Assembly (NCBI RefSeq): GCF_964355755.1
Contig: NC_092675.1
Coordinates: forward strand, 26,632,912 to 26,696,911
Source of the DNA: Antedon mediterranea
Lineage: Eukaryota > Animalia > Echinodermata
Reading direction: 5' to 3'
DNA length: 64,000 bases
Shown: positions 37,801 to 49,865 of the stretch, one piece after another
How positions within the stretch are numbered: position 1 is the first letter of the stretch
How the letters are laid out: each line of letters opens with the position of its first letter
Program-made: the position numbers and the translations under genes
The notes under the pieces: generated by a model
Database searches by the model: none
Told to the model about the DNA's origin: nothing
Seen by the model: only the letters and a program-made list of their open reading frames with translations

Positions 37801-40800
37801 ATGTTTGCCCTACTCTGATTGGCTACTCCAAAGTAGTTACAAACAATTACAATCCTGTATATTTTTATTTTTTTTATTTATTTTTTTTTTAAAACCAGAA
37901 ACAACAGCAGAAACAAATCCACCACTTACAGCTTGGTTTAACAGATACAATACAATTACAACAACTCAGAAACACTTAAATTACGACGAAACTGATAAAG
38001 ATTGGAATTAAAAATGTCAATATGGGGATGGGCCTGGACTAAACTATTATAATATAAACTTAATCTACTGATGTAACCATTTTTTAGAACATTGACTCTA
38101 CAAAAGGGAACACAAAGGATATTGTTGTTTCTTTGTGATTATGATTGTGATTATTATTGATTGTTAAGCATGTTGAATTTTTAAGAAAACCCTATTAAAT
38201 ATAATATAGTTTTAGTAATATAATTAAATGTTTTTACCTCCTTTGATTCATTTAAATTAACTAGCAGGTCACCTGGTAAAGGTAAGAAAACATCTGAAAA
38301 AACAACCAATATTAACAATATTAATTAATATCATTTTTAAAATTGTCCTATAAAAGATTTAAATTAGGTTTTTATAATCAGTATCAACAAAAGTCCCCTT
38401 TGCTAAATGCATTTAAAAATCAATAAGACATTTAAAAAAAAAAAAAATTCAAAATTAATGAGTTTAATTTTACCATCAATATCAGAAATCACCATCATCT
38501 GCGGACGCGTGGCGCCCTCTTGCATGTTGTAGAAATGAAGTGTGTTGTCATATGTGATGAAGCCAATTTTTGTTCTCGTATCTCCTGGCAACCGGTCTAA
38601 CTCTTCAAGGAGAACTTGACAGAAAATAGGTAAGATTCCAGACTGGACAGAACTGAACGACACATCTAGTAAAAATAGGTAGACAGCAGGCTGAGGTGGA
38701 CGCAACTGTAGATGAAATAATATTGAAGAAATTAGATATATACAACATATTAGACTTGTTATGTTTTCGATATTAATTATTGAATTATAAATTGTTGTAC
38801 TAGCATTCTAAAAGAGACTCGCACAACATTTTTTGTTCTTACCATATATTCAGATGGTGCAATAAATTCAATGGTGGATGAACGGATTTCAGGCCGTCTT
38901 GAAGGGTCACCATATGTACGAGTCACTGGGTCAAAGGTGAACTCTTCTTGTACTAAAATAAGAATAAATAAATCTCTGGTTACATCAATCGTTTGGAAGG
39001 ACGGCCAATTGTGCGTCTATTCTCTATCCACAAGGGTCCATTTTGGGCCCATTATTATTTATAATTTATTTAAACGATATTGTTTCTATTTCAGATAATT
39101 TCTCATTTTATTTATACGCAGATGACACCAATATAGTAGTTTCTGATAAAAATATTAAACAACTCATTACGACAGTAAATCAAGAACTAAATAAAGTTTC
39201 CTCCTGGCTTAAATCTAATAAATTATCACTTAATATACTTAAAACAAATTACATTATGTATAGTATAATAATAAGCATAGTAGACGACAATATCACAATA
39301 TTCAAATTATGATTGACAATACTACTATTTCACAGGTCTCTAATACTAAATTTTTAGGCGTAATTATAGATGAAGCACTAACATGGTTTAATCACACAGA
39401 ATATATATCCAACATTATTTCTAAATATACTGGCATTTTATTTAGACTAAAACATGCTCTCGCACCGAATATTTTATTTTCTTTATATCGCACATTAGTT
39501 CTCCCATACTTATATTATTGTAATCTTATTTGGGCAGATGCAAACAACTGCAATTTGAAAACCATTCATTTAAAACAAAAGAAAATAATTAGACTCTGTA
39601 CAAACTCATCCTGGCTGGCCCATACTGCACCCTTATTTTTAAAATTAAAAACTTTAACAATCTATGATATTCATAAATTACAAAAAGCAAATTTTATGTT
39701 TAATTTTGTTAATAATAATCTACCAAGTAATTTCAATACTTTTTGGGCTAGGGTAAAAGAAACACATTTTCATAATACAAGAACATTAAATGATTTGCGT
39801 CCGCATAATTTCAGAACAGACCTGGGAATGAATACCATTAAACGGCAAGGACCTATATTGTGGAATGATATAAGCAATTTTATTAAGAACCAATGTACCT
39901 TAAGTTTATTTAAGAAGAAATTTATTCACAGTTTATTATCAACGTATCAGTAATATTATGTTATATTATTTAATTAGTAGAGTAACATTATTTAAGTTTA
40001 CTTAAACAACATACATATATATGTGTGTGTATGTAAATCTATTACATTTTTTATCTAAAAGATGATATTCAGATTTTATTACCATGTACTAGTAAAAATA
40101 AAAATAACTATATGTAATCTTCATGTTAACCTTCTTCAGAAGTAAGTTAAAAATTATCATTTTATGATCAAAAAGAAATATACTATCTAATTTTCTCCTT
40201 TATATAAATATATTATTTTATCCAAGGGGTTGCAAACACAAGTGTTCACATGTCTTGTTATGTATTGCACCTTTGTCTTGTCTTTATGTTGTCTGTAATG
40301 CCACTGCACTAACGGGTGACCGGCTAACGAGCTTCGCTCTTACGGTTATCCATCCATATAAGTTGTTTATCTTATGTTCATAAATTGAAATGGAAAATAA
40401 ACTGAAACTGAAACTGAAACTATCAAGACAACAGAATTAAGGAGCATGGGCACAAAAAAGGGAGTCAGATACATGGTTGACCTAGCCAATAGAAAACAAC
40501 GATGTAGTCCGTGCCTATAGAGAAAAATTTTACATTACCCACATTATTGACTGTGCAAATAGCCTCATCCCAATTATTGAGTTCAAACATGGTTTAAAAT
40601 GGTAATATACTAATGAAATAATAAAGTTTATAATAATTGCATCATTTGTCAATTTAAAGATGATTTTAACACAATTATTTAGAAAGTAAATTTGAAAACA
40701 TGATTTTCAATGTACTTACAATCATTAACTCTAAAACAAAGATTGCACCTCCAGCGGCGTTGATCAATGAAACTAACAAAGGGATTGATGTACGTCCTAC

Positions 40801-43800
40801 AGGAACGACATCGAACAATCACACTTGACTGAATTACAGGTAAATGCTTGAAAGAATAAACAACAAAACATTCACTGATTTAATGCATATGATATGCAGG
40901 TTTCTTAAATATCACATTGTTTTTGCTACATCACATTTAGGTTTTGTGATGGGTTAGTCACACTATAGAGAGTCTTCTATTGTGGATAGCAAATAGAAAG
41001 AATAAAATAGACAACAAGTACATCTTTCGAGATGAGTAGGGGATTACCCCGATGTACTATTAAAATACATCATAGTCACTTATCATAACTGGGCGCTCTT
41101 GGAGACCAGTCTTTGACTGAAGAGGTCACCCAGTATAAATAAATAATATAATAATAAAGTTGTTGCAATGTGCTGTCAAATTAATCCGTAAAGGTATAAA
41201 GTGGTGTATTGTATGAACACAAATTTTAAATAATTTGTGTATTACTTACAGCATCATGTATACTTACTGATAGATCCTTATAAGGATGAATTAAAATTCC
41301 TAGGGGTAACTTAGACTTCTGAAGTAAAGATTGAGTTTGGGGTATAGAGGTGAGAGTGCATCGAAACAAACTGCAATAAAAAAAGTATACAACTAGATAC
41401 AGATAATTTGGAAGTCGGTGTTGAGTTTTAATTGACCACCCTGTAATATAAGTTTAATAAACCAAAGTGAAGGAGTAAATATATCTAATAATAGTCTACA
41501 ATGGTAATCCCTTGCTTGCAAACTCAACCTAACTAGGAGTTTTGCTAGTGTAGACAAGTTTGAAAAACTTTGGCAAACTGCAGAAAGCAAGGTGAACAAA
41601 GCATACACTATCAAACTTTACTCTGCAAGCTAGAGCAAACTCTGAGTTCACAAACAAAATATTGGTGAAGGTTTCTATTGTAGTCTTTGACAATTCTAGA
41701 TAAATACTGTTTACTCTACTTAACTGGTGTGAAAATAATTTTAAAAAACACAACTCACTCAGGGTTGACTTGAGATTTTTGATTTTCGCTACTAAGTTTC
41801 GGTTTGGGAGGCTCAATTGGAGTTTTTGGTAAAATATGTCGCTCCTGTAGTAGGTTCAGCGGCCTAGCTTCACTCTGCTGCATATTCATCTTTCCAACTC
41901 CAGCTGCTAAATTGTTCATCTAAAACATCACAGAAAATAACATTGACAACATACACAGGCAAAAGATTACTTCGCAGATTACTGAAATAAAAGGTTTGAT
42001 TCCCACTTCGACGCAACAATATAGGCGACACAAAGCAAATGAGTTGACTAATCACAACAGTTCAGATAATTATTTACGTCGTTATTGGTCAAATTATTTA
42101 TGGTACACTTAAGCTCTGTTTACACTATCAAACTAGTTTGACCAAAAAGTGTGCCTAAATATGGTAGTGATGACATCATCATGTCCAAATATGGGCAGAT
42201 CACATTTTTTTGTCACATAGTGTAGACAGAGCTTTACATCCTATGATAGAATCAAAGTGTAATTTTGGTTTAAAAAGAGTCCATACAGTCTTAAAATAGA
42301 TATAGTAAATCTCACCATAGGTTGAGGAATATGGCCAGGTTGATTGTTAGGTAAATTTGTTCCTACGGTTGGTCCCATTGTGCCTGGTGGTTGAGTTGGC
42401 ATCTGTCCACCAACTTGCTGATATGACTGGTTAGGGTATTGACGTCTTCCTGCTACATTCATGTTCTGGCCTGGAGGACCCTGCATTTGACTAGTAGGGG
42501 GAGCCATGTTACCAGCTCCTTGTGGCATTGAGCCCGGGGGTGGCGGCATTGAACCTGGGGGTGGTCGCATTGAACCTGGGGGTGGTGGCATTGAGCCTGG
42601 GGGTGGTGGCATTGCTCCTGGGAGTTGCGGCATCGCATTGGATGTTGAATGCATAGGGCCTGAAGGTGGTGGTATGGAGCCTGGGGGTGCAACCATGTGT
42701 GGCGGCATTCCACCTGGATATTGGCCTCTAGGTGGTTGTTGTACACCTGAAACAAAAATAAATTGTGTTTAATGAAGTATGTTTATCAGGTAAAGTTACT
42801 GTGTTCAGGGAATTGGCTAACGAAATCAAAGGCTTGGGTGCTGAAAAGTTAGGGTGGTATAAAAAACGGGTAATTTCAGGTACCCACAGTTTTCTTGGGT
42901 TGGTGCTGTGTTGAAATTAGGCTCGGTAGAAGGCCCTAAAACAAGTGAATGTGGGTTTCCCTTCCAATATGAAGATCATTTGTAATTATATTTAAAAAAA
43001 TCATCAAACTAACCTGTTGAAGAGAAGGGTGTGCCACCTTCCAAGTAGTCGTATCTCAAGCCAGGTATTGGCGATGGAGCTGCTGATGATCTGGCTGATG
43101 AGGGGCCTAATACAAATTGTAATAAAATAGTAATGCATTTCAATTTAGAAGGATCAATTTCATGAAAATAATAGTAATAATTCTGAACAAAATTGTTCTA
43201 GAGTATGCAAACAAAATACAAAAGTGGAGAGAATGATGCCAGGTCCTAGAATAAAAATTGAATTACAGAATTTTTTTGCTGCAAATTATAAGACTACATT
43301 ATAAGCTCAATGAGTTATCACTTAAAAGTTATCGGACACTAATTTACAATGTGCTGTAATATTCCCGATAATTAAAAAAATTCTTAATTTCTTTCCTTAT
43401 AAATTAAAATACATTAATTTTGTACAATGTAATTTAAAATGTATCATTTAATATGGGTCTCTTCAGTTATTTCAAAGAGTACCAATATGGGGAGTCCCAA
43501 TAATCGCATGAATGTAATGTATGTGTGTAATGAAATAGATTAATCTGATATTAAAGTAAATAGAGTATGATGTTGATAAATTCATACAAAACTTATTTTT
43601 AATTTTTTTAATTTTAATATACTTTAATATATCATACTTAATGATCAGTTTGTTCACTTGAATGAATAGGCCACCCTTATTAAAGATGTTATTAAATAAA
43701 TAAACTTTTTTTTTTATAAATTTAGGGATTGCTAACAAAATGAAGAATATAGACAATGTAAATATTCAATATACCTTGTATTAATATAGAATTAGAAAAA

Positions 43801-46800
43801 ATATAATATAAATGAAATTGAATATATAATGTAAAAAAAAGTCATATAACATGTTAATATGGTTAGGTTTCAAAAATTGTGTAAAATTATAAAAAAAAAT
43901 AATCTTATACCATGCCAGACTATATATTTTATACTTCAGTACCAATTTGGAGATTTTTATCCTTTTCTACTTAATTTCAGAGATGCAGTTAAAAGAACAA
44001 AAGGAAGTTTTAAAAATGTATTAGAGTATTATTAGACAAACAATATATAACAGAAGAGAAGTCAAGTGTTTTTATCAATCCAGTTTAATTGTGTATGATG
44101 TGGCAATATGACCATGGCTTGTGTGTGAGTTTGCACACATGTTGAAAATAAAGGCAGAATTCATACTTAGTACAACTAGAAATAGTATAGTGAACTAATT
44201 AATAACTACAGACATTCACCATCTTTAACCCCTATTGACAATTGAAGTTTATGCTAAAAATGTTTTCAATTTGTTTGAACTCAGATCTAATTGTTTTAAC
44301 CTAATTTACAGTAAATACTGTTCTACTATAGTGTTCAATAATTATAACCCCATAATTCTATACTAGTGCTTCTAAATTAATATTATATACAAACTATTAT
44401 ATTAGTTGAATTATTGTACAAATTAATTTGTTGGTAACATGCAAAAGTAAAGAATTACTAGAAAAGAGAGATTATTAGTTACTGTACATGCCACAAATCA
44501 TTCATGTTCAAGTAATGCAATGAAAATGATAAGCCACATCTACAAAATGAATTTATTAATTTTAATGAAAATTCTTATTTTTTGTTGTAACTTATACCTG
44601 TAATGTCCAGTAGGCCATCCATACTCGAAGCAGACATGGATCGATGAAACTCATATGTAGGCACGGGCAGCGAACCCAGGGAGGAAGCCGAGGGCGAACG
44701 GTTCAATGTTGGTGGCGGCGCATGCAAGTATCCTGAAAATTGTGTTAGTTTATGGGATGTTAGCGTAACATGCAAATAAATATTAATATGAAATAAAAAC
44801 ATGATAAGTAAAGCTTATTATATTGATGCATACAAATTATAACATTTAATTGAAAAAAAAAACAAAATTTTAAAAGATTTTTAAGGTAATATTATATTAA
44901 TCTTTAATGTAAATTTTATATTTATACCTACAGTTATTTAAGGAAAAACAAACAATGTTTGAATCTGAAAAACCATTCCATATGTTTCTTTCATTTTCTT
45001 TCATAATTAATTGATGAATTTAAAATATTAATGACAACAGAATGTCGGTATTCAAGTAGAAATCAATTATTTCTATCTACAATGTGGTCAATACTGTTGT
45101 TTACAAGCTATGAAATTCACAAATGTGATTGTGAATCAGACTTGGTATCAAATTTCCCAAATCAATTTTCACTTTTTTTTAGCTCCACTTGAAATGATTG
45201 AGGGTCATGGATAGGGGGTTCTTAAAGTAATATGTTTTTCCACTAATAGCTGTAACATTAAACTTATTGTTATAATACGAATGTTTAAGAGGGAAATATT
45301 TAATTTAATATTTACAAAATTAATAACAAAAGCTTAGCAAAGAATAAAAAAAAAGTAAAACAAAAGTTCAGTTGTTAAAGAAAATGTTTTAAATTAAAAC
45401 TATTAATTGGAAAAACAGTAGAACACCTACTATCAGGATTCCAAGTGACCCCTAAATAGGGGTTTGCAATATTTTTAAAAAATAATAAATTTCCCCTCAT
45501 TAATTTTACAGGAAACGGTGCCTTTATTAGGGGTGTCCTCTAAATAGGGATGACCTAAAGAAAGGAGTTCAACTGTATAAACGTTTTAAAGATATTGGTG
45601 GTAGCACAGTGTACTGTAAGTATAAGAGGTGCAGTGAATTGTGTTAGGCCTATATTATCAAAGTACAGTACTAGACTACTCATTTTCAGCATTAATATGA
45701 GCTGTGGTGTGAGCAAATGTGACTTTTTGGGTATAATAAGTATTTTAAACCCAGAAAACCTATAAATTACATTGTACAGAAAATGTTATTTTCAGATCTA
45801 AAGATACTGTAGCAAATTGTAAATATATTGGATTATTATAGTTTTGTTTGTCATTAATCAAGATGTTTCTTTAATACTATAAGACAACATGATCTAAAGG
45901 ATTTAGTAATAGATTTAGTGTTTAAACATATTGTCTTCATAACAACAACTATTTAATTTCAACAAGATTTGGTTGCTGCAAATGGGACTGAACGAAATAC
46001 ATTCAGAAAATATTATGAATGAGAGTAACAACTTGTCATGCATACTGTATGTTATAAAAGACATAATATAAAACCAGTCTTCTTCATGTTAAAAATTAGT
46101 GTTTAAACTTACCATGTATAAATCAAATACATGCTTTGCTTTTGATACATGCAAAGTACAGTATCATGTGAAATATAGTATGTGATTTGTGTATTACATT
46201 AATCTTACCTGAGCCATTTATCTGTTGACCAGCAGGTACACTGGTAGGTGGTGGGCCATATGTTGTTGCTTGCACATTTACATTGGGGATTGCACCTAAC
46301 CTCGGTTGCATACCAGTTGGCGGCCCAGCTACATTTGCTGGTCGATTTACACTGGGTGGCCCACCATTAGGCGGCTGCCTATTTTGGTCCATTTGCCAGT
46401 TAGCTGCTGGTGGACCACTGTGTAAATTGAATTGATTTGAAGTTTGTGGCTGAGCACCCATTGAATTCATATTTTGTTGGCCTCTACCACCGGTCGGTGC
46501 TGGTGGCCCACGACTGTGAGGTCCACTAGGTATATGAAAGTTCTGTGGAGCACCACCTGGTGGTCCTATAGCTGCATTATTTAGAGGTCTCTGGGGCGGT
46601 GGCCCCTGAGGATGAGAGTTCGTAAAAGGTGAATTTTGTCCAAAAGTTGGTGGTGGGCCAGGCATTCTATTTTGCATTTGCCCTGAAGGGGATGGAAGCC
46701 GAACTCCAGGCATGAAAGAATCCTTGCTTGGTTGTCCTATTTGATTTTGAACTTGGTTGAACATTCCACCCGGAGGCTGGCCTTGTTGGTAATTGTAGCT

Positions 46801-46830
46801 CCCAGGCTGAGGTGGTCTTGGCTGCTGCAT
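31839..46830 (-). CDS. SEC24B: Protein transport protein Sec24A/B-like (COPII inner coat), 21 coding exons, ~1191 aa
   Basis: Exons (high..low): 46830-46209, 44732-44598, 43106-43014, 42746-42316, 41919-41759, 41370-41268, 40846-40720, 38952-38843, 38705-38474, 38293-38238, 37733-37632, 37268-37167, 36885-36762, 36397-36239, 35918-35745, 35361-35251, 34797-34619, 34505-34368, 33545-33348, 32896-32793, 31953-31839. All are GT-AG and in frame. Motifs: Pro/Gly/Gln-rich N-terminus, Zn finger [18 protein letters not shown], trunk [44 protein letters not shown]-terminal [17 protein letters not shown] 5'UTR exon donor is at 47466. Confidence 0.96.
32479..32618. mobile_element. MITE family A copy
   Basis: Same TIRs and internal atgtgacaaaaaaatgtgatgtgcccatatatggacatga as at 1242-1408. 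Confidence 0.8.
39027..40421 (+). mobile_element. 5'-truncated non-LTR retrotransposon (CR1/L2 group) in a SEC24 intron, antisense to the gene
   Basis: RT motifs [22 protein letters not shown] and [13 protein letters not shown] are present, with a frameshift near 39270-39310 and a stop at 39953. An AT-rich 3'UTR ends in AATAA(ACTGAA)n. Confidence 0.9.
41015..41157 (+). mobile_element. SINE 3' fragment; related fragment at 37020-37140
   Basis: Both share AGGGG(A)TTACCC..GTGTACTA and TCTTTGA(C/T)TGAAGAGGT(C/T)ACCCAGTATAAA followed by an (AAT)n tail. Confidence 0.6.
42112..42233. mobile_element. MITE family A copy (opposite orientation)
   Basis: TTA|AGCTCTGTTTACACTATC...ATAGTGTAGACAGAGCT|TTA. 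Confidence 0.82.
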
Positions 46831-47529
46831 TTTGTATTTTTATTAGACCCTATATAGAAGACAAAGACAAAATGTTTGATTCAAATGAAATATTATTCTT
46901 AATAATTATTAAAAGAAAAGTAAGATAAATAACAAATTGATAAAGAATAACATTTAAAAAAATTACTTACAGTACTAGGCCTACCTACCAGGGAGTTTAC
47001 AACTCCCTGTACCTACTAATAATAAATACTACTGAACTGTACCATTCAGAAATTCAGAGTGAAAAAAATGACAGTTCATTCAGTTCTATTTTATTTTATT
47101 TCACTAAAAATTAAATAATAATGTATCATTTTTTCATTAGAATATATGGCCTCTTGTCCCTAGCTAGGCCTAAACATAGATTAGACACATACTTATCATG
47201 GCTTTGTTAGCTAGGCCTAAAGAGATCTGTTTGATAGATATGCTACCGACCGTACTTCTCTGCCAGAAGACCCGAACGATGGATGTTCGTGAGACCATCA
47301 TTTATCAACATTAACAACGATCAACGAAATTGTAATCAATAAAAGCAACATACATTTCTTATGATATACCTAAACTACATATTATAAATAATAATATTAT
47401 AATGACTATGATCCCAGATTAAACTATATTGTAATTTTTATTATCATTACATAATTGTGGACTTACTAGTTAGGCCAGTCAGCCTCAAGTTGGTAAGTGA
47501 TTTTGCTCACGGTCTCAATCACTTTTTCC

Positions 47530-48240
47530 CTGTGTAAAATATAAGCCGGAAATCTCTATGACCCCTATGACACAGCTAGCCTATCTCTCTCTCGTCAAAA
47601 TTCGCCCATGTGTAGCACGCCCTCTTACTCAACGTGGCACGCTGCTAAATACCGGGGCTCACGAGGTTATAAATAAATGTTCTATCCATCATTTATATGA
47701 TTACCATTACATTCATAAAATGAAAAAAAAAAATGATTCTAAAATGTAATATTTTTTCCCCAGTTTTAAATCACATACATGATATTTTATAGATACATTT
47801 TTAATGTTCAGTTTCTATTTAAAGATAATTGTTCCGCATTAAATTTTGATTTAAAGTGAACTTTAAAACTATAAAAATAAAACGACAGGGGCTATGATTT
47901 AACAAAATTCTTCAGAACAAATTCCAATTACTTTTATTCTATAGTTGCTGTACCCCGTAATTTCATTTGATGACCTTTTTATATTTCACGACCTACACCT
48001 TTTTTACGTGGAACAAAGTTTCTGAAATGCATTATTTATTTGTATATTTCTTATGTTAGCAGCATGAAAACATTTTCCATTACATATTATGTTAGATTTT
48101 GTTAAAATTTAAGAGATAATTGTTATATTTTATAAACGCATAATGAAAATGTCACTACTATAGACCAATCAGATCAAGCTTTATATAAGGTTACGGAGTA
48201 ACACTGACGTATCGGATGCAGCCATCTTTTGGTGTGTTCA
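47530..48240. promoter_or_regulatory. Putative bidirectional promoter SEC24/SAR1
   Basis: Lies between divergent 5'UTR donors (minus GTAAGT at 47466, plus GTAAAT at 48336). Contains CCGGAA (Ets-like), TGCCACGT on minus (47632-47639), CCAAT (48165), TGACGT (48205) and GCCATCTT (YY1-like, 48221). Confidence 0.65.
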
Positions 48241-49865
48241 ATCGCAGGATTTCCCAATGACATTGACAATAAGTTCCACATTTTTACCCGTTTTTAGTTA
48301 GCTGGCTATATCAAAAAGTGCTGATTTCATTAGAGGTAAATTCTTGATATATTTCAAGACAGACGTTGTACTATTTTTTATATATAAATTTGTTTAGCTT
48401 CTGTAAATCAATATTTCCCGGCACTCGACTCTATTTTTGTTTCATCATTGAATTGTGAGTAGGCTAGCCTAGGAAATGGTGAAATGGTACCTCTCGATGC
48501 TATACGTACGGACTTTAACTGTAGCTCTGCAGAGATAAGGGTGCCTGCTAGGCTAGCCTATTACACTAGCCTAGATGCGAGTGGATTTCTCTTTACAGGT
48601 CGAAAACGATATGGAATAACATTAAATTACCACTTCTGCCCAGCTCTCTCTGAGTGAGCTAGCTCTAGGTAGGCCTAGCCTAGTTTTGTAGCATACCATA
48701 ATTCCAGTTGTGTTGAGCTTACTAAAACTCAAACCAAATTTCATTTCATTTATTTAATTGACCAACAACCATTAAATCTATAATGATTTACGAATATGTA
48801 AAATATACAGAGAAGACCAGAGAGTACAAGAGTCAGCAGTCCTATCCATGATCTTAACTAAAATAAATTTATAATATTAATAAACAGTACTGTATATTTA
48901 GACGTGTTACAAACAAACAAAAACAATTAGGGCCTGCCTAGTTATTAAATATAGGCCTTGCCTAATAGTAGGGGTGCCTAAAAAATAATTTGGCCTACTT
49001 TTTGATTTAATAAAAAATAAAATTATTAATTAGGCCTACTGTAGCTAGGGCTTATAATAACATTAATAAATTCACATTATTCATTTTATTTAAGTGTTTA
49101 ATTTAATTAACAATATTATTATTAAAATATTGTTGCTACTTCTGTATTATATTAGGCCTACAGTCCATTTTGGTATTTATTTGATGAACTATTTGAAATA
49201 AACCAACTTGAAAAACCAGGAAAAAATATTTAAACTTTGTCAGTAATGCTTAAAATAAAAGTATATTTAATCTGAATTAAATACCGAATGTATAAATACA
49301 GTTATGAATTGAAAATATCTTTATGAGGCTTTAGTGTGAAATAATGACATGTACTTACTTATTATTCTGTTGTTTCCTGTATAAAACCCTTAAACTTATT
49401 TAATCTTACTTAATAGTACGTGTATAATACTTATTTGTCAATTCTGCTGATCTTGAGAGAAAGTTTTGACCAATAAATGTTTGTAGTTTTGAAACATAGA
49501 AATTATTGATACTAAATATAGCATATGACACACACTATTTAAATTCTTATTTTGTTGTGCTGATGTGTCAGTTTGTGTACAGTTTTATTATCACGCAACA
49601 CATGTCATTACTGCCAACACATCGACGGCGGTGTCATATAAAACCATACAACAAGTGCATTTTATTAGATTGTTAAATAATCGGAAAATAATTAGTTTCC
49701 TTAAAGATGGAGTCTGTATTTTATAAGAAAAGAGCCTGTTATATTCAGGTAATATGTAAAGCTATGCTGTACCAGTGGGTGACTAATATTAAAAGTAGTT
49801 ATTGGTTTTAATATACCATATTAACACTTAATTTTTAATTTCAGGTTGAAAATACCAAATTCAGT

